Shown piece after piece: positions 12,321 to 25,091 of a stretch of 64,000 nt of DNA. The first letter of the stretch is position 1. Each line of letters begins with the position of its first letter. The stretch is from the NCBI RefSeq assembly GCF_001194135.2, contig NC_068984.1, positions 11,738,266 through 11,802,265 on the forward strand, given 5' to 3'. This DNA is from Octopus bimaculoides. Its lineage: Eukaryota. Both the position numbers and the translations under genes were made by a program. The notes under the pieces are model-generated. The model was not told the DNA's origin. It did no database searches and worked only from the letters and a program-made list of their open reading frames with translations.

Positions 12321-13019
12321 CTGAAAGAGAAAACATACAAAGTAAGATTTCCTAGTATCATTGTTTTAATCGTGGTTTTAAATTAGCATTAAAAAGTAGT
12401 AAATTTTATTTTATCAAATGAAACCAGAATGGAAAAGCGAAAAGGGTGAAGGTATCTTCTTTTATCTTTCACTTTTTTCAGTCATTTGACATTGGACTGT
12501 GGTCATGCTGGAACATCACTTTGAAGGGTTTAGTGAAACAAACTGATCCCAGTACTAATATTTAAATTTAGTACCTACCCTAACAGTCTTTTGCCAAACC
12601 ACTAAGTTACAGGAATGTAAACAAACCAACCCAGTTGTCAAGCAAGGTGGCAGGGGACACAAACACAAAGATGCGCACGCACACACACACACACACATAC
12701 ATACATAAAATGGCCTTCCACAGATTCCACATACCAAATTCCCTAACAAAGTTTTGATCAGCCTGGGGCTACAGGAGAAGACACTTCCCAAGGTGTTATG
12801 TATGCACTGGGACTGAACCCCCAACACCACAGTTGCAAAGTAAATATCTTAACCACATAGCCATTAGGATGGGCATCAACCGGGAAAACCATGCTAAAAC
12901 AGACAGTGAAGCTTGGTGCAGTCTTCTGGTTTGCCAGCACCTGACAAACCGTCTCACCTATGCTAGCAAGGAAGAAGGTTGTTAGATGATGAGGATTGTT
13001 AATTTAACAAAACTGGAAC

Positions 13020-13395
13020 ATCATCATCATCATCATCATCATCATTTAACGTCCGCTTTCCATGCTAGCATGGGTTGGACAATTTGACTGAGGACTGGTG
13101 GACCAGAAGGCTACACCAGGCTCCAATCTGATCTGGCAGAGTTTCTACAGCTGGATGCCCTTCCTAATGCCAACCACTCCAAGAGTGTAGTGGGTGCTTT
13201 TACATGCCACCGGCATGAGGGCCAGTCAAGCGGTACTGGCAATGGCTACGCTCAAAAATGGTGTTTTTTACGTGCCACCTGCACAAGTGCCAGTAAGGCG
13301 GCGCTAGTAATGATCACACTCAAATGGTGCTATTTACGTGCCACTGGCACGGAAGCCAGACAGCTACTCTGTCAATGATCATGCTCGGACGGTGC
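13020..13395 (-). mobile_element. RTE LINE 3' UTR copy, minus orientation
   Basis: Begins (cat)n ttaacgtccgctttccatgctagcatgggttggac, the reverse complement of the 45.7-45.9 kb end. Similar minus copies lie at about 1170-1560, 23843-24170, 26470-26870, 39668-39941, 51080-51565 and 52048-52455. Confidence 0.85.
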
Positions 13396-13822
13396 TCAGA
13401 TTACTGCAAAAGAAAAAGAGAAAACAAACGCACAACATGCATCACACACCTAAAGCTTCCGAAATCCCTGCATGCATGCACAAACACACACATGCAAACT
13501 GTCAATAATGAAACAAAATATGTCTCTTCATACATATATACACTTACAGCAGATGAGGGCTCTGACGGTAGAGTAGGAAGTGTTGTAGACAATCATCTGA
13601 GAAGACAGCAATTCATATACTGTAGCCTAGATTGTATTAGGTCTTAAATAGCTCAGTCCACCTAACTAAAAATAGGTTCCATAGGATAGGAACAACTCAT
13701 TGCTGTAACCAACAGTAGCATTACAAGACTGACAAATAGCTTGATAGTTTGGAGTGATGAGTTTATCTGCTGGGGATATACCTTAGAGATGGATAGGCTG
13801 TCTTTTTATAAACATAAAGAGG

Positions 13823-13884
<62 letters not shown>

Positions 13885-15559
13885 TGGCTGTTGACAGTAT
13901 ACATGTGTGTGTGTGTGCATGGATGAATGCATACATAGATATGTATGGTTTTAAGAGTGTTTTCTGTTGCAGTATACTCCAATATTAATCTTGGTTCCCA
14001 TTTCATCACATTAACAACTGCTTGACAGAAACCATGAAACTGGTAACGCTGATCTATCTGACCCACAGTAATTCATATATCATGTAGTGCTGCCAGATTG
14101 ATTTACCTAGGATACATTACATAAAAGCGGAAGTTTTAACGGTGACTCAACAACCCAACGGGTTAAAAGACTCACCACATACGCACACATATATCAACAT
14201 ATAAACATCCTTTTTTCAGCTATAAAAAAGGCAGTCAAACTTTATTCCAACAGCCAGCTCACCTTACATGTTATAGAATACAAGAAGCTCAACCACTACA
14301 ACTGATCCATCAACCAATAGAAAACACTTTACCCCAAACCTCATATATTCAGAGCTAATTTTTCAGTAAGCATCTCGTAATAAATAACTGTCTCTATTAC
14401 CTTCCCTCTTTTTTCTGATTCATTGCTAGGCAATCTTTGAATCTCAAAGGCAGAGCTTAGAAATTCCTTGGAGATTTTAAATAAATTTATCTCCATTATT
14501 ATCATCATCACTGTTTTAATGTCCACTTTTTCCATATTCGCATGGGTCATATGACACTTACTGAGGCAGGTTTTCTACAACCAGATGCTCTTCTTGTCAG
14601 CAATCCTTACCCATTTCCAAGTAATGGTAATATCCCACCCCTCTGTGTCCTTCAAACAACAACCAGTACAAGGGCTGCACAAGATTTTGTGGAAGATTAC
14701 AGACAAATGACATCGTGTGTATGAACAGTGGCTTTGTTTTCAATGAGAGGGCAAATGTCAAAACAAGTTCATGTCCTCACATACACACACACATCATCCT
14801 CATCATCTTTTATGTGGCACCAGTCCTCAGTCAAACCGTCCAACCCATGCCAGCATGGAAAAGCGGACATTGAACAACGATGATGATGATATACGACAGG
14901 CTTCTTTCAGTTTTTGTCTACCAAATCCACTCATGAACCCAGAACCATGTGGTTGGGAAGCAAACTTCTTACCACCCAGCCACACCTGCATCAATATATG
15001 TCAAAAAATCTCACAATTCACATGGTGTGTGGTATATGCAGTACATTATATGAAAACCACTTTCAGGTTTTAGGGCAGATTTCTTAGTGCTAGATACATC
15101 TGATTGTAAATGTTTCATTGATTAACTATTTATAACACAAGTGTGAAATATTATGTGGTAATTAAACATTAAACAGTATTTCATTAGAATTAATTATCTT
15201 CTGAGATACTAATTAATTACCTATAAAAAAATTTTAAAATGATTAACATCTCATTAGTTCATCAATAACTTTTACACAATGGGAACAAAATATTTTCTTT
15301 GGGTAATTAAACTGGTTGGAAATTCTCAAGATGAAATGCTTTGAATAAGGAAGATGGAATAATAATAGTCTGTCTTTGACACTAAATAACCTTAAACCTG
15401 TGGGAAGATTTCATGATGAAAAGAAACAGCATTTTATCTATTTAATTTACAAGTATTTTATAGGCATAAATCTGGTCTTATTTAAGCAGTGTAAGTTATA
15501 ACTTTAGAAGAGAAAACAAGAAAAACAAGTTTATTTTGGGAGGGAGGGGAATCCTTTCT

Positions 15560-16545
15560 ACTATACACAGATGGCCTGAAATATTGGAAGAAAGGCTAGT
15601 TGATTACATTGACACAAATACGCAACTGGTACCTATTTTATTGACCCCCAAAATGGTGAAAGGCAAGGCTGACCTTATCAGAATTTGAACTACGAATGTA
15701 AAGATGGATAAAATATCACTAAGCATTTTATCTGGCAGCTCACTGCCTTAAAATATTGGTTTCAAATTTTGGCACAAGACCAGCAATTTCAGGGAAGTCG
15801 GTAAGTTGAATACACTGACCTCAGTGCTCAACTAGTGCTTACCTTATTGGCCCTGAAAGGATGAAAGGTAAAGGCTGTGCATACAAAAGCCTAATGCTGT
15901 GCAATTTTTTGCCTGTGACAAACGTGTGTACTGAATGTATGATAAGTATAACTATCAATTATTACACTATGAGGAGTTCAAATTCTGCTGAGGTTGATTT
16001 TGTCTTTCATCCTTTCAGGGTTAATAAATTGAGTACCGGGGGTGGATGTAACCAACTTCCTCATCCCTTACAATAGCTGGCCTTGAACCAAAATAAAAAA
16101 GGAATGAATATTCTTTTCTACTCTAGGCACAAGGTCTGAAATTTTGGGGGAGGGGGCCAGCCGGTTAGATTGACCCCAGTACGCAACTGGTACTTAATTT
16201 ATCGACCCTGAAAGGATGAACGGCAAAGTCGGCCTCAGCGGAATTTGAACTCAGAACATAAAGACAGATGAAATACCACTAAGCATTTCGTCTGGTGTGC
16301 TAACGTTTCTTATTTCTTTACTGACCACAAGCAGCTACACACAGAGGGGACAAACAAGGACAGACAAACGGATTAAGTCGATTACATCAACCCCAGTGTG
16401 TAACTGGTACTCAATCTATCGACCCCGAAAGGATGAAAGGCAAAGTCGACCTCGGCGGAATTTGAACTCAGAACGTAACAGCAGACGAAATACCACTAAG
16501 TATTTCGCCCGGTGTGCTAACGTTTCTATCAGCTCACCACCTTGA
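15560..16545 (-). mobile_element. Cluster of about five family B SINE copies or fragments, mostly minus strand
   Basis: Repeated blocks atcgaccccgaaaggatgaaaggcaaagtcgacctcggcggaatttgaactcagaac. The copy at about 16310-16545 has a different 3' tail. Confidence 0.85.
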
Positions 16546-16598
16546 AAGGACTGAATATTACATTATGAAAGGGTGACTTTGGAAATATACTCTTACCA

Positions 16599-17094
16599 GG
16601 CGCAGGAGTGGCTGTGTGGTAAGTAGCTTGTTTACCAACCACATGGTNNNNNNNNNNNNNNNNNNNNNNNNNNNNNNNNNNNNNNNNNNNNNNNNNNNNN
16701 NNNNNNNNNNNNNNNNNNNNNNNNNNNNNNNNNNNNNNNNNNNNNNNNNNNNNNNNNNNNNNNNNNNNNNNNNNNNNNNNNNNNNNNNNNNNNNNNNNNN
16801 NNNNNNNNNNNNNNNNNNNNNNNNNNNNNNNNNNNNNNNNNNNNNNNNNNNNNNNNNNNNNNNNNNNNNNNNNNNNNNNNNTGTGTGTGTGTGTGTGTGT
16901 CCAACATCGCTTGACAACCGATGCTGGTGTGTTTACGTCCCCGTAACATTAGCGGTTTGACAAAAGAGATCGATAGAATAAGTACTAGGCTTCCAAAGAA
17001 TAAGTCCTGGGGTCGATTTGCTCGACTAAAGGCGGTGCTCCAGCATGGCCGCAGTCAAATGACTGAAACAAGTAAAAGAGTAAAGAATAAAAGA
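16599..17094 (+). mobile_element. Family A SINE, interior lost in an N gap
   Basis: Head ggcgcaggagtggctgtgtggtaagtagcttg and CpG-rich tail gcttgacaaccgatgctgg...gactgaaacaagtaaaagag. Confidence 0.85.
16648..16881. other. Assembly gap (N). Other gaps: 21788-21797, 28908-29074, 31496-31709, 38693-39103, 39942-40173, 41718-42047
   Basis: Runs of N, all adjoining microsatellites or young repeats. Confidence 0.99.
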
Positions 17095-17444
17095 GTTACC
17101 AACAAGGGTAATATTAGGAACTGCATCTCTGAGCAAGGCACTTTGTTTCATGTTGCTCCAGTTAACTCAGCTGAACATGGTGCAGCCTTCTCTTCCTCCA
17201 GCTGTCATATCTACAATGTTCCACTGAGAGGAGTAGTGATATAGAGACTAGAGGGTGTGTTTGTGACTACACAGGCACTTTAAACAATTAATAAAAAGCA
17301 AAGTACATGTTACCATGCTAACCAGGTCATGCTCACTTGTCAATGGTGACTATACTATTTATATTTCAAAAGCAAGAAATCTGTATTGCCATTAGCAATA
17401 GCCAGTATTAAATAAATAAGTAAAAATGAAACCAATGTACTTAC

Positions 17445-17527
17445 CGAAATAAAAACTGTCTGTTGAGATTTGATATATCAATAATGTCCATATCTATAAT
17501 ATCAATGTTGCCAACACCCAAGAGAGC
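17445..17527 (-). CDS. UBA3: UBA3 coding exon [27 protein letters not shown](R), 83 nt
   Basis: Contains the DxDxI and SNLNRQFLF adenylation motifs of E1 enzymes. Acceptor GCACAG|, donor CG|GTAAGT, phase 0 to 2. Confidence 0.98.
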
Positions 17528-19752
17528 CTGTGCAAAGAAGTTATTAAGGAAATAATATTTATTTAGAGGATAAAAAAAAATGATGGATTACAAATATAAG
17601 ATAATTAATCATAATTAATTGATAACAAAGGAAGATAAAGAAAGAAAGAAAAAAGGGACACTGATTTTTATGAATTTTTTTTTGTTGTATATCATAATTG
17701 GTGAACAAAAGCATTTTTGATGACAGATTTCTAACAAGTCAATCATTTGTTAACTGCAGTGATAAGAGAGTGTCTCTAACCTGATGCAGAACAAGTATAG
17801 CAAAGGTCTTCAGTTGAAAAGCAGTAGCTTATCAGTTTTCTTGTCAACGTATTCATCCTTTGCCAGTATATATCAGTTTCAAATTCTGGCACAAGGCCAG
17901 TAATTTGAGGGAAGGGGTAAATCGATTACACTGACCCCAGTGTCCAACTGGTACTTATTTTATTGACCCAGAAAGGATGAAAAGCAAAGTCAACCTTGGC
18001 GGAATTTGAATACAGAATGTAAAGACAGACAAAATGCTGTTAGACATTTTGCCTAGCATACTAACAATTTTGCCAGTATATATCAACAAGACACACAAAC
18101 AAACAAACACACACTAGGCTTCTGCAGTTTCCATGTACCAGATTCCACTGACAAGCTATTGGTCCACCCAAGGCTATTGCATAAGACACTTTGTCCAAGG
18201 TGTCACACATTGGGGATCAATCTCAGAACTTCAAGGTTGTAAAGCAAACGTCTTACTAAACCACACAACCACGCTTGAACTTATTTCAAAACAAAAATAA
18301 TTTCTTTTTCATTCTTTCTTTCTTCTTACATTTTAACAATGACACTCATATGACTGATATATCTCCAGCAAACACAGGAAAATTCCAAATTTGTAGTTAA
18401 ATGCAGAAACAAAAATCGCTATACTGAATGGAGAAATATTTTTTTTAAAATATAAACAGATAAGGCATTCTGAAAATGTTTGTACAATTATTTCAAAATT
18501 ATCTTTCTACAATAAGAACTGTACATAATTCATCCGTTCTCCATGCTGGCATGGGTTGGACAATTAGACAGGAACTAGTAAGGCCAGGAGCCATATCAGG
18601 CTCCATTGTCTGTTCTCACATGGTCCCTACAGCTGCATGCCCTTTCTAATGCCAACTACTCCATAGAGTGTACTGGATGCTTTTTATGTAGCACTGGCGT
18701 TTTTTACATGGCACCAGCACCAACAGGAGCACCAAGTACCTTGCAAGTCAAAACCCCCTTAACTGGGAGTGAGAAGTAGTATTGAGTGGTTGTGGCTTTG
18801 TACCATTTGAGAGAAAAATGTGCATTCCTACTAGGTCTGTTTCATCAGTGCTGAGGCTACATAAAAACATACTGCAAAATATTCTGTAAACCATAATGTA
18901 ATGAATTGCACATTGAACAAATAAATCATCACTTGTTGCAGCTTTCTTGCATTTAAAAAATATGCCACATTCTACATTAACATGTAAAGTAAATGAATTT
19001 ATTATTGTTGAAAGCATCTGTCTTTAGAGAATAGGAATTCCTAATTCTTAAGAGGTTGGAAGTCTTAATTCTACAGAATATAGATAACACAGACCACCCC
19101 CTAAAAAAATTACAAAACCATGAGCTTCCTAGATGTATATCAGATCAAGATTTTTGTTAATTATCATCACCTTTAAAATTGACTATTTCAATTAACTCCA
19201 CTTGGAAAATATCAAAAAACATTTAGATCAGTTGTGCTCATGATGTTGCTAGGAGATTCTTCAGAATATGTTTGTCTTTAGACTTATTTGGTTTATATTA
19301 GCTAGCAATAAAAAAGAACAGATATATTTACAAAAAACCTGGTGCTGATCTGATCAAAACTCAAGCTGCTTATTTAGCAAACCTCTTTTAATATTCTGTC
19401 TCAATTTCTAGCCAATATTGGTGTTTAGTATTTCAGGAGGAAAAGAATCAAAAGTTACTATGGTCTTAAATTTTGAGTTTTTGGTCCTTTTAGCAATTAA
19501 AGACCTAACAGAAACAAACACCAACCCAGCTGTAACATTTAAAAAAATATTATTATTCAAATGTAAATATTCAATTTCCAAAAACATTTTTTTTGTCTCT
19601 CATCATGAAGTAGGCACAGCTGTGTGGTGAAAAGGCTTGCTTTGCAACCATGTGGTTTCATTGCACAGCACCTTGGGCAAGTGTCTTCTACTGTAGCCTG
19701 AGGCCGACCAATGCCTTGTGATTGAATTTGGTCCAGTGAGAAATTTAGCATC

Positions 19753-19827
19753 CAACTAGGTGTCCATCAGGGTTTAGATCTCAATCAACTGTTGTTTATT
19801 ATAGCTCTCCAGGCCATAACAGAGAAA
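19753..19827 (+). mobile_element. Short LINE reverse-transcriptase fragment
   Basis: QLGVHQGLDLNQLLFIIALQAITEK resembles the RT motif GVHQGSVLSPLLFII. Confidence 0.65.
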
Positions 19828-20766
19828 CCAAACACTTCAGCAAAATACAATTTCAAAAGAAACTGTATTCTATTGCTCTCCAATAATTTTATAGTTTACA
19901 AAATAACTGCAGAATTTCCATGGATACTGCTGGTATTCTTTAATTAATACCAGTTATATATGTGTCCAGGGACAGTGAGGAATCTTCAGCAGCTTCACTG
20001 GTGCTGTGACAAAAATTTACCCAATTGTAAGATAATGTGAGAGAATCTTTTAGTCTTGATAAGGGCATGACAACCTCTGTAATGTGGGTGCAACAACGAA
20101 ATGCATCTAGTACACTCTGTAAAATGATTGGTGGGTATCTAACTGTAGAAAGCATGTAACATTAAGACAATGCATGATTTCTGATCTGCCTTAGAGGATC
20201 ATAACTCCAAATGAGAACTAACTGACTGTAACAACCCATCAGACTCATGCGAGCAGACATGATGAGAATGAAGACAATGAGAACAATGATGACGACGCTG
20301 ATTAAGACAGTAATGATTATGATGACCTCAGTATGAAAGATCAAATCTTTCAAGGTGGTAACCCAGCATGGTCACAAATCAATGACTGAGGCCAGTAAAA
20401 GACAAAATGAATATCAAAGAATTATGCATCTGTGTTGAGAGTACCTCATAGCAAGATGACAGGTCACAAAAGATGTTAAACATTTGGAAATGATTAATTA
20501 AAGTGATTCGTTAATGGCTTTCTATTAATAATTCAAATTGTTAACCTTTTGTTAAACTGACGATGAGTTGAAGAGATTCCTGAAGCTGGCAGAGACACTC
20601 TGGAAATGGGGAATATTAAAAAAACTACTTTCACAAAAGCAATTAGCAATAATAACATCTCAGTCTGGACATTTCTAATCCAACGAAACACTTCAAGAAT
20701 TGACCCAAGTATAATTCAAACCAATAAGTCAAGACAAAAAGTAAACCTGCTTCAGATATAAGTTGC

Positions 20767-20816
<50 letters not shown>

Positions 20817-20877
20817 AACAAACACAAACATTCCTGTGAAAATTATCAACAAGCTCATAAAATATAAATGCACTTAC

Positions 20878-20958
20878 CAAATTTTTCAGAAGTTCACAGC
20901 CTAAACCTCCAGCACCAACAATAAGTATACGGAAGGTTTCGTGTAGGAAAATTAATGT
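20878..20958 (-). CDS. UBA3: UBA3 coding exon TLIFLHETFRILIVGAGGLGCELLKNL, 81 nt
   Basis: Contains the E1 nucleotide-binding GxGGLG motif. Acceptor TTTCAG|, donor TTG|GTAAGT, phase 0 to 0. Confidence 0.98.
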
Positions 20959-21670
20959 CTGAAAGAGTAAAATTGATGAAAAACAAGAATTTATTATAGA
21001 AATAAATCACAAATAAAGCTTGGAATTTAATCTTTCAATGTTCTTGTGCTTGTGGCCATGATTATTGCTAAGTTCAAACCAGTGATTTAAAATTGTCTAC
21101 TTTAGAAATTATTTAGCAATTGATGCTTTTGTTCTATTTTTTTATTTTAAAAATTTCTTTCACTTTTATTCACCTCTTTATCTTTCTGTCAGTCACGTGA
21201 GCTTACAGGCCCAATTCATTCAACTGGTTCCTCTGGGCCACTTCTCTTCTGTTCCCCTCCCTATCACTTAAGGGTACACCCTGAAACCTCTTCACTAACT
21301 TCTTTCCTTTTCCAAGTGGGGTAGCCATTATTTCTTCAACAGCAAGACACCTGTTTCTGTCACTCTATCATACTCTAAACTCATCACCTAGCATAAAGCC
21401 ACCTCCCACAATGCCCCTGCTGAGTGGTGGGGGTCTTGCCTTGCAAGTTACTTGGTGCTCTAGTGTCAGTGAATGTAAAAAACACCCAGTACATTCTGTG
21501 AAGTGGTTGGAGTTAGGAAGAGAATTCAACCGCAGAAACCATGCCAAAGCAGACATTGGAGCTTGGCACAGTCCTCTGGCTCAGTAGTTATTGTCAAACT
21601 GTTCAACCTATGGCACCATGGAAGATGGACATTAAACATTGATGATGATGATGGTTCTGAAGTTAATGCT

Positions 21671-22205
21671 TCAGATCAGGAAGACCTGGGATGAGGTGGT
21701 GAAGCACGATCTTCGAACATTAGGCCTCACCAAGGTAATGACTAGTGACCGAGACCTTTGGAAATATGCTGTGCTTGAGAAGACCCGNNNNNNNNNNAGT
21801 GACCGAGACCTTTGGAAATATGCTGTGCTTGAGAAGACCCGGCAAGACAAGTGAGACCATAACCCGTGGCCTTTACCAGGGGTGTAGCCAGCCCACTTAT
21901 GCGTACTGTACCTTCTTTGGACACAAAATCTTGCTTGCGAAGATCTGTTGAGGCAAGTGATATCGAAATTGAACCAAATTCGATGATTGGCACCCATGCC
22001 AACCTCCCTTCATTGGACACTAAACTCTGCTTGAGAAGACCTGTTGGGGCAAGTGAAATCAAAACTGAGCCAAATTCGATGACTGGCAGCCATGCCAGTG
22101 GAGCACTAACATCACCATCCGAGTGGGATCACTACCAGAGCAGCGGTCTGGCTTCCGTGTCGGTAGCACGTAAAAAGCACCATTTGAGCGCGATCATTAC
22201 CAGCA
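21671..22205 (+). mobile_element. RTE LINE 3' end (ORF end plus 3' UTR)
   Basis: RKTWDEVVKHDLRTLGLTKVMTSDRDLWKYAVLEKTRQDK* is followed by the UTR that recurs throughout the window. Confidence 0.85.
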
Positions 22206-22387
22206 TCTCCTTACTGGCATTTGATGATGATCTTTCAGTTTCCATCTAATAAACCCACTCACAAGGCTTTGGTCAGCCTGGGACTATAGTAGAAGATACT
22301 TGCACAAAGTGCCATGCAGTGGGACTCAACCTGGAACCAAGCTTCTTACCACACAACAACATCTGCACTTATAATAATAACAATAAT

Positions 22388-22600
22388 CTTTTCTACTCTA
22401 GGTACACAGCCCGAAATTTTGGGGGAGGGGGCCAGTCGATTAGATCAACCCAGTATGCAGCTGGTACTTAATTTATCAACCCCGAAAGAGATGAAAGGTA
22501 AAGTCAACCTCAGCAGAATTTGAACTCAGAACATAAAGACAGACGAAATACCACTACGCATTTTACCCGACTTGCTAACGTTTCTGCCAGCTTGCTGCCT
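22388..22600 (-). mobile_element. Family B SINE, full length
   Basis: Colinear with 5825-6040 and 16110-16310. Confidence 0.85.
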
Positions 22601-24539
22601 TTATTATTATAATAATAAGTTCTTAACTAAATGAATGTCTGTTATTGTGACGAAGAATTAAGAACAGCATACTGTGCCAAAAAAACCTCCAAAATAATCT
22701 TAGATTAACGCTTTTGCTTTCTAAAAATTACTTCTAAAGATCAATGAAATTTAATGCTCTTTTATTCTGATGGACTTTTCAGCAGTCTGTCAACAATAGG
22801 ATGATTGATGAGTTCTTTAGCAAAATAATTAACTTCTTTAGATATTCTTTGTTTTTGTTGGGGGTTTTTTTCCTCTCTTTTTTTCATTTTGAAGGAGTGG
22901 AGCATTAGTTTAAAACTTAATTTGCTTGCAGTCTGGAATTCAGCTAATCTCTAAACTGGTGGTCTGGACTCTGAACGTTTTAAGTTGAGAAAAATCCTCA
23001 TAAAAATACAAGGAAACTATTACCTTGACGTAATTGTGTGTGACGTGAGTGTCTGTGTATCATCATCATCATCATCATAGCACTGACTTTACCATGTTTG
23101 TATGGGTCAGACAGATTTCAATTGAGGCAGATTTTCTCACAACCAGATGGCTCTCCTGTCACCAACCTTCACCAGTTTCCAAGCAAGGACAATAAGGATT
23201 CAGATGCTCCATCAACTGAATTATCTGCTCCTGAATTAACTTATAAGTGGCTGAGTATTCCACAGACTCATGTACCAATAACCCTTTATCATTTAAACCA
23301 GCCATACCCAGCCCAAATATTCTATCTGTTTTATGTTAAAACTGGTCAGATCTAGCTTCTCACACTTCCCTTATAATGTCATTCTAAAAATAAACAATCA
23401 CATCATTGAAATTATGAAGCTGTAAGATAATATATGATTAATTCAAAACAGTGTGATTAAACATGCAACGTATGTGTGAGAGCAATTAAAACGCTAACGA
23501 GTTAATGTAATTCTCAGTCAGAATCTGTGTGACACTGAGTAAGATGATGATAGCTTTTGAATTACATGTACAATTTACCCAAAAGGCTTATTACAGTTTC
23601 TGTTGACCCAATTTCATTCATGATATATGGGTCAACCTGAGGCAATAGAAAAAAATGACCTTTTTCAAGATGATTTACAGTAGGATAACAACTTGGGACT
23701 TCGCAGTTGCAAAGTGAACTTCTTAACCATTCAACCACACAGCAATAATTTGCATAATTTAAAAGAAAGAATAAGCTAGGGAAATAAGAGGGTCAACTGG
23801 CACAAAAAAAATCTTCAATTAATTGAAATCCCCCTCTTAGATCATCATCGTCATCATCATCGTTTAACATCCGCTTTCCATGCTAGCATGGGTTGGATGA
23901 TTTGACTGAGGACTGGTGAACCAGTTGGCTACACCAGGCTCCAATCTGATTTGGCAGAGTTTCTACAGCTGGATGCCCTTCCTTACGCCAACCACTCTGA
24001 GAGTGTAGCGGGTGCTTTTACGTGCCACCGGCACGAAGGCGAGTCAGGCAGTACTGGCAACAGCCACACTCAAAATGGTGTATTTTACGTGTCACTTGCA
24101 CAGGAGCCAGTCCAGCGGCCCTGGCAACGATCTCGCTCGAATGTCTTTACACGTGCCACCGGCACAAGTGTCAGGAGGAGAAGGAAAATAAAAACCTAGT
24201 GGAAATTGTTAGGGACTCTCCAAAAAAACGGAGATAATTTTAAAAATTAACAAATAATCTCTCAAATTTAATTTACATATTAATAAACAACTATGGACAC
24301 ATTTTGGTTTTATTGGACCTCTTCAGTATTAACAGACTTGAGTAAACAATACTATAATGTATTAGCATGATACATAACATAAATTGCTGATGTATTTGTC
24401 ATCAGAGATATCCATCAATGGGTGATGAACCTTACCAATTTCAAGAACATCAGAAGCATAAATGAAGCGAAATAGCTACAATGGAGATTTGAAACAAGAT
24501 TCCATCCTCAATTTGTTGAGAGTATATCTATTAATCTGC

Positions 24540-24812
24540 GAAGGTATGTGGGTCAGTGGTCAGGGTGCTGCACTTACGATTCCTGGACTGGGCATGTGTG
24601 GAATTTTTGAGCAAAACACTTCATTTCATGTTGCTCCAGTCCACTCAGCTGTAAATGACTAACCCTGTGGCAGACTAGCTTTCTGATCAGGGGAATGTTG
24701 GCCTGCATGCCTAGCCAGCAGGGTAGCATCCTTCGGAATCAATAATGATACAAAGTGTACTGTGACCAGTGATGTCTAACAACATCTGATAGCCTGGTTG
24801 ATCACGTGACAC
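24540..24812 (+). mobile_element. tRNA-derived SINE, family C
   Basis: Head gtgaaggt..gtgg..agtggtcagggtgctgcac and central ttgagcaaaacacttcatttcatgttgctccagtccactcagctg. Related to 17125-17260 (+) and 28215-28435 (-). Confidence 0.65.
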
Positions 24813-24994
24813 CTACTAATCTACAACATATGTTGATTTTTCTAGCAATTTTTTCTTGATTGTCTACATTAGGCAAAAAGATTTAAAAAAAAAAAACTTC
24901 TATTAAAAGAATTTTTAAAACAACAAAAAAAAAAATTGCATTTTGCTTTAAAAAAAATAATACAAAGTAAAAACATAAACAACACAGTACTAAC

Positions 24995-25091
24995 CTCTGG
25001 ACTTGGTTCAAAGTCAGAATGAGTGAATGGTCCAGATCTTTCTAGAATTTTTTTGAGATGACTCCATCGATCACCCCATTCAGACTCCATT
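24995..25091 (-). CDS. UBA3: UBA3 coding exon (x)[32 protein letters not shown], 97 nt
   Basis: The translation matches the UBA3 N-terminal motif (human [29 protein letters not shown], from memory). Acceptor TTTTAG|A ATG, donor GAG|GTTAGT, phase 2 to 0. Confidence 0.97.

Noticed and set aside
14398-14470. Exon-like segment EFLSSAFEIQRLPSNESEKRGK on the minus strand in a UBA3 intron
   Set aside because: The AAG acceptor is weak, the phase is incompatible with the flanking phase-2 intron, and there is no UBA3 homology.
21755-21840. Exact tandem duplication agtgaccgagacctttggaaatatgctgtgcttgagaagacc on both sides of a 10-N gap
   Set aside because: This is a typical unmerged contig overlap and so an assembly artefact.
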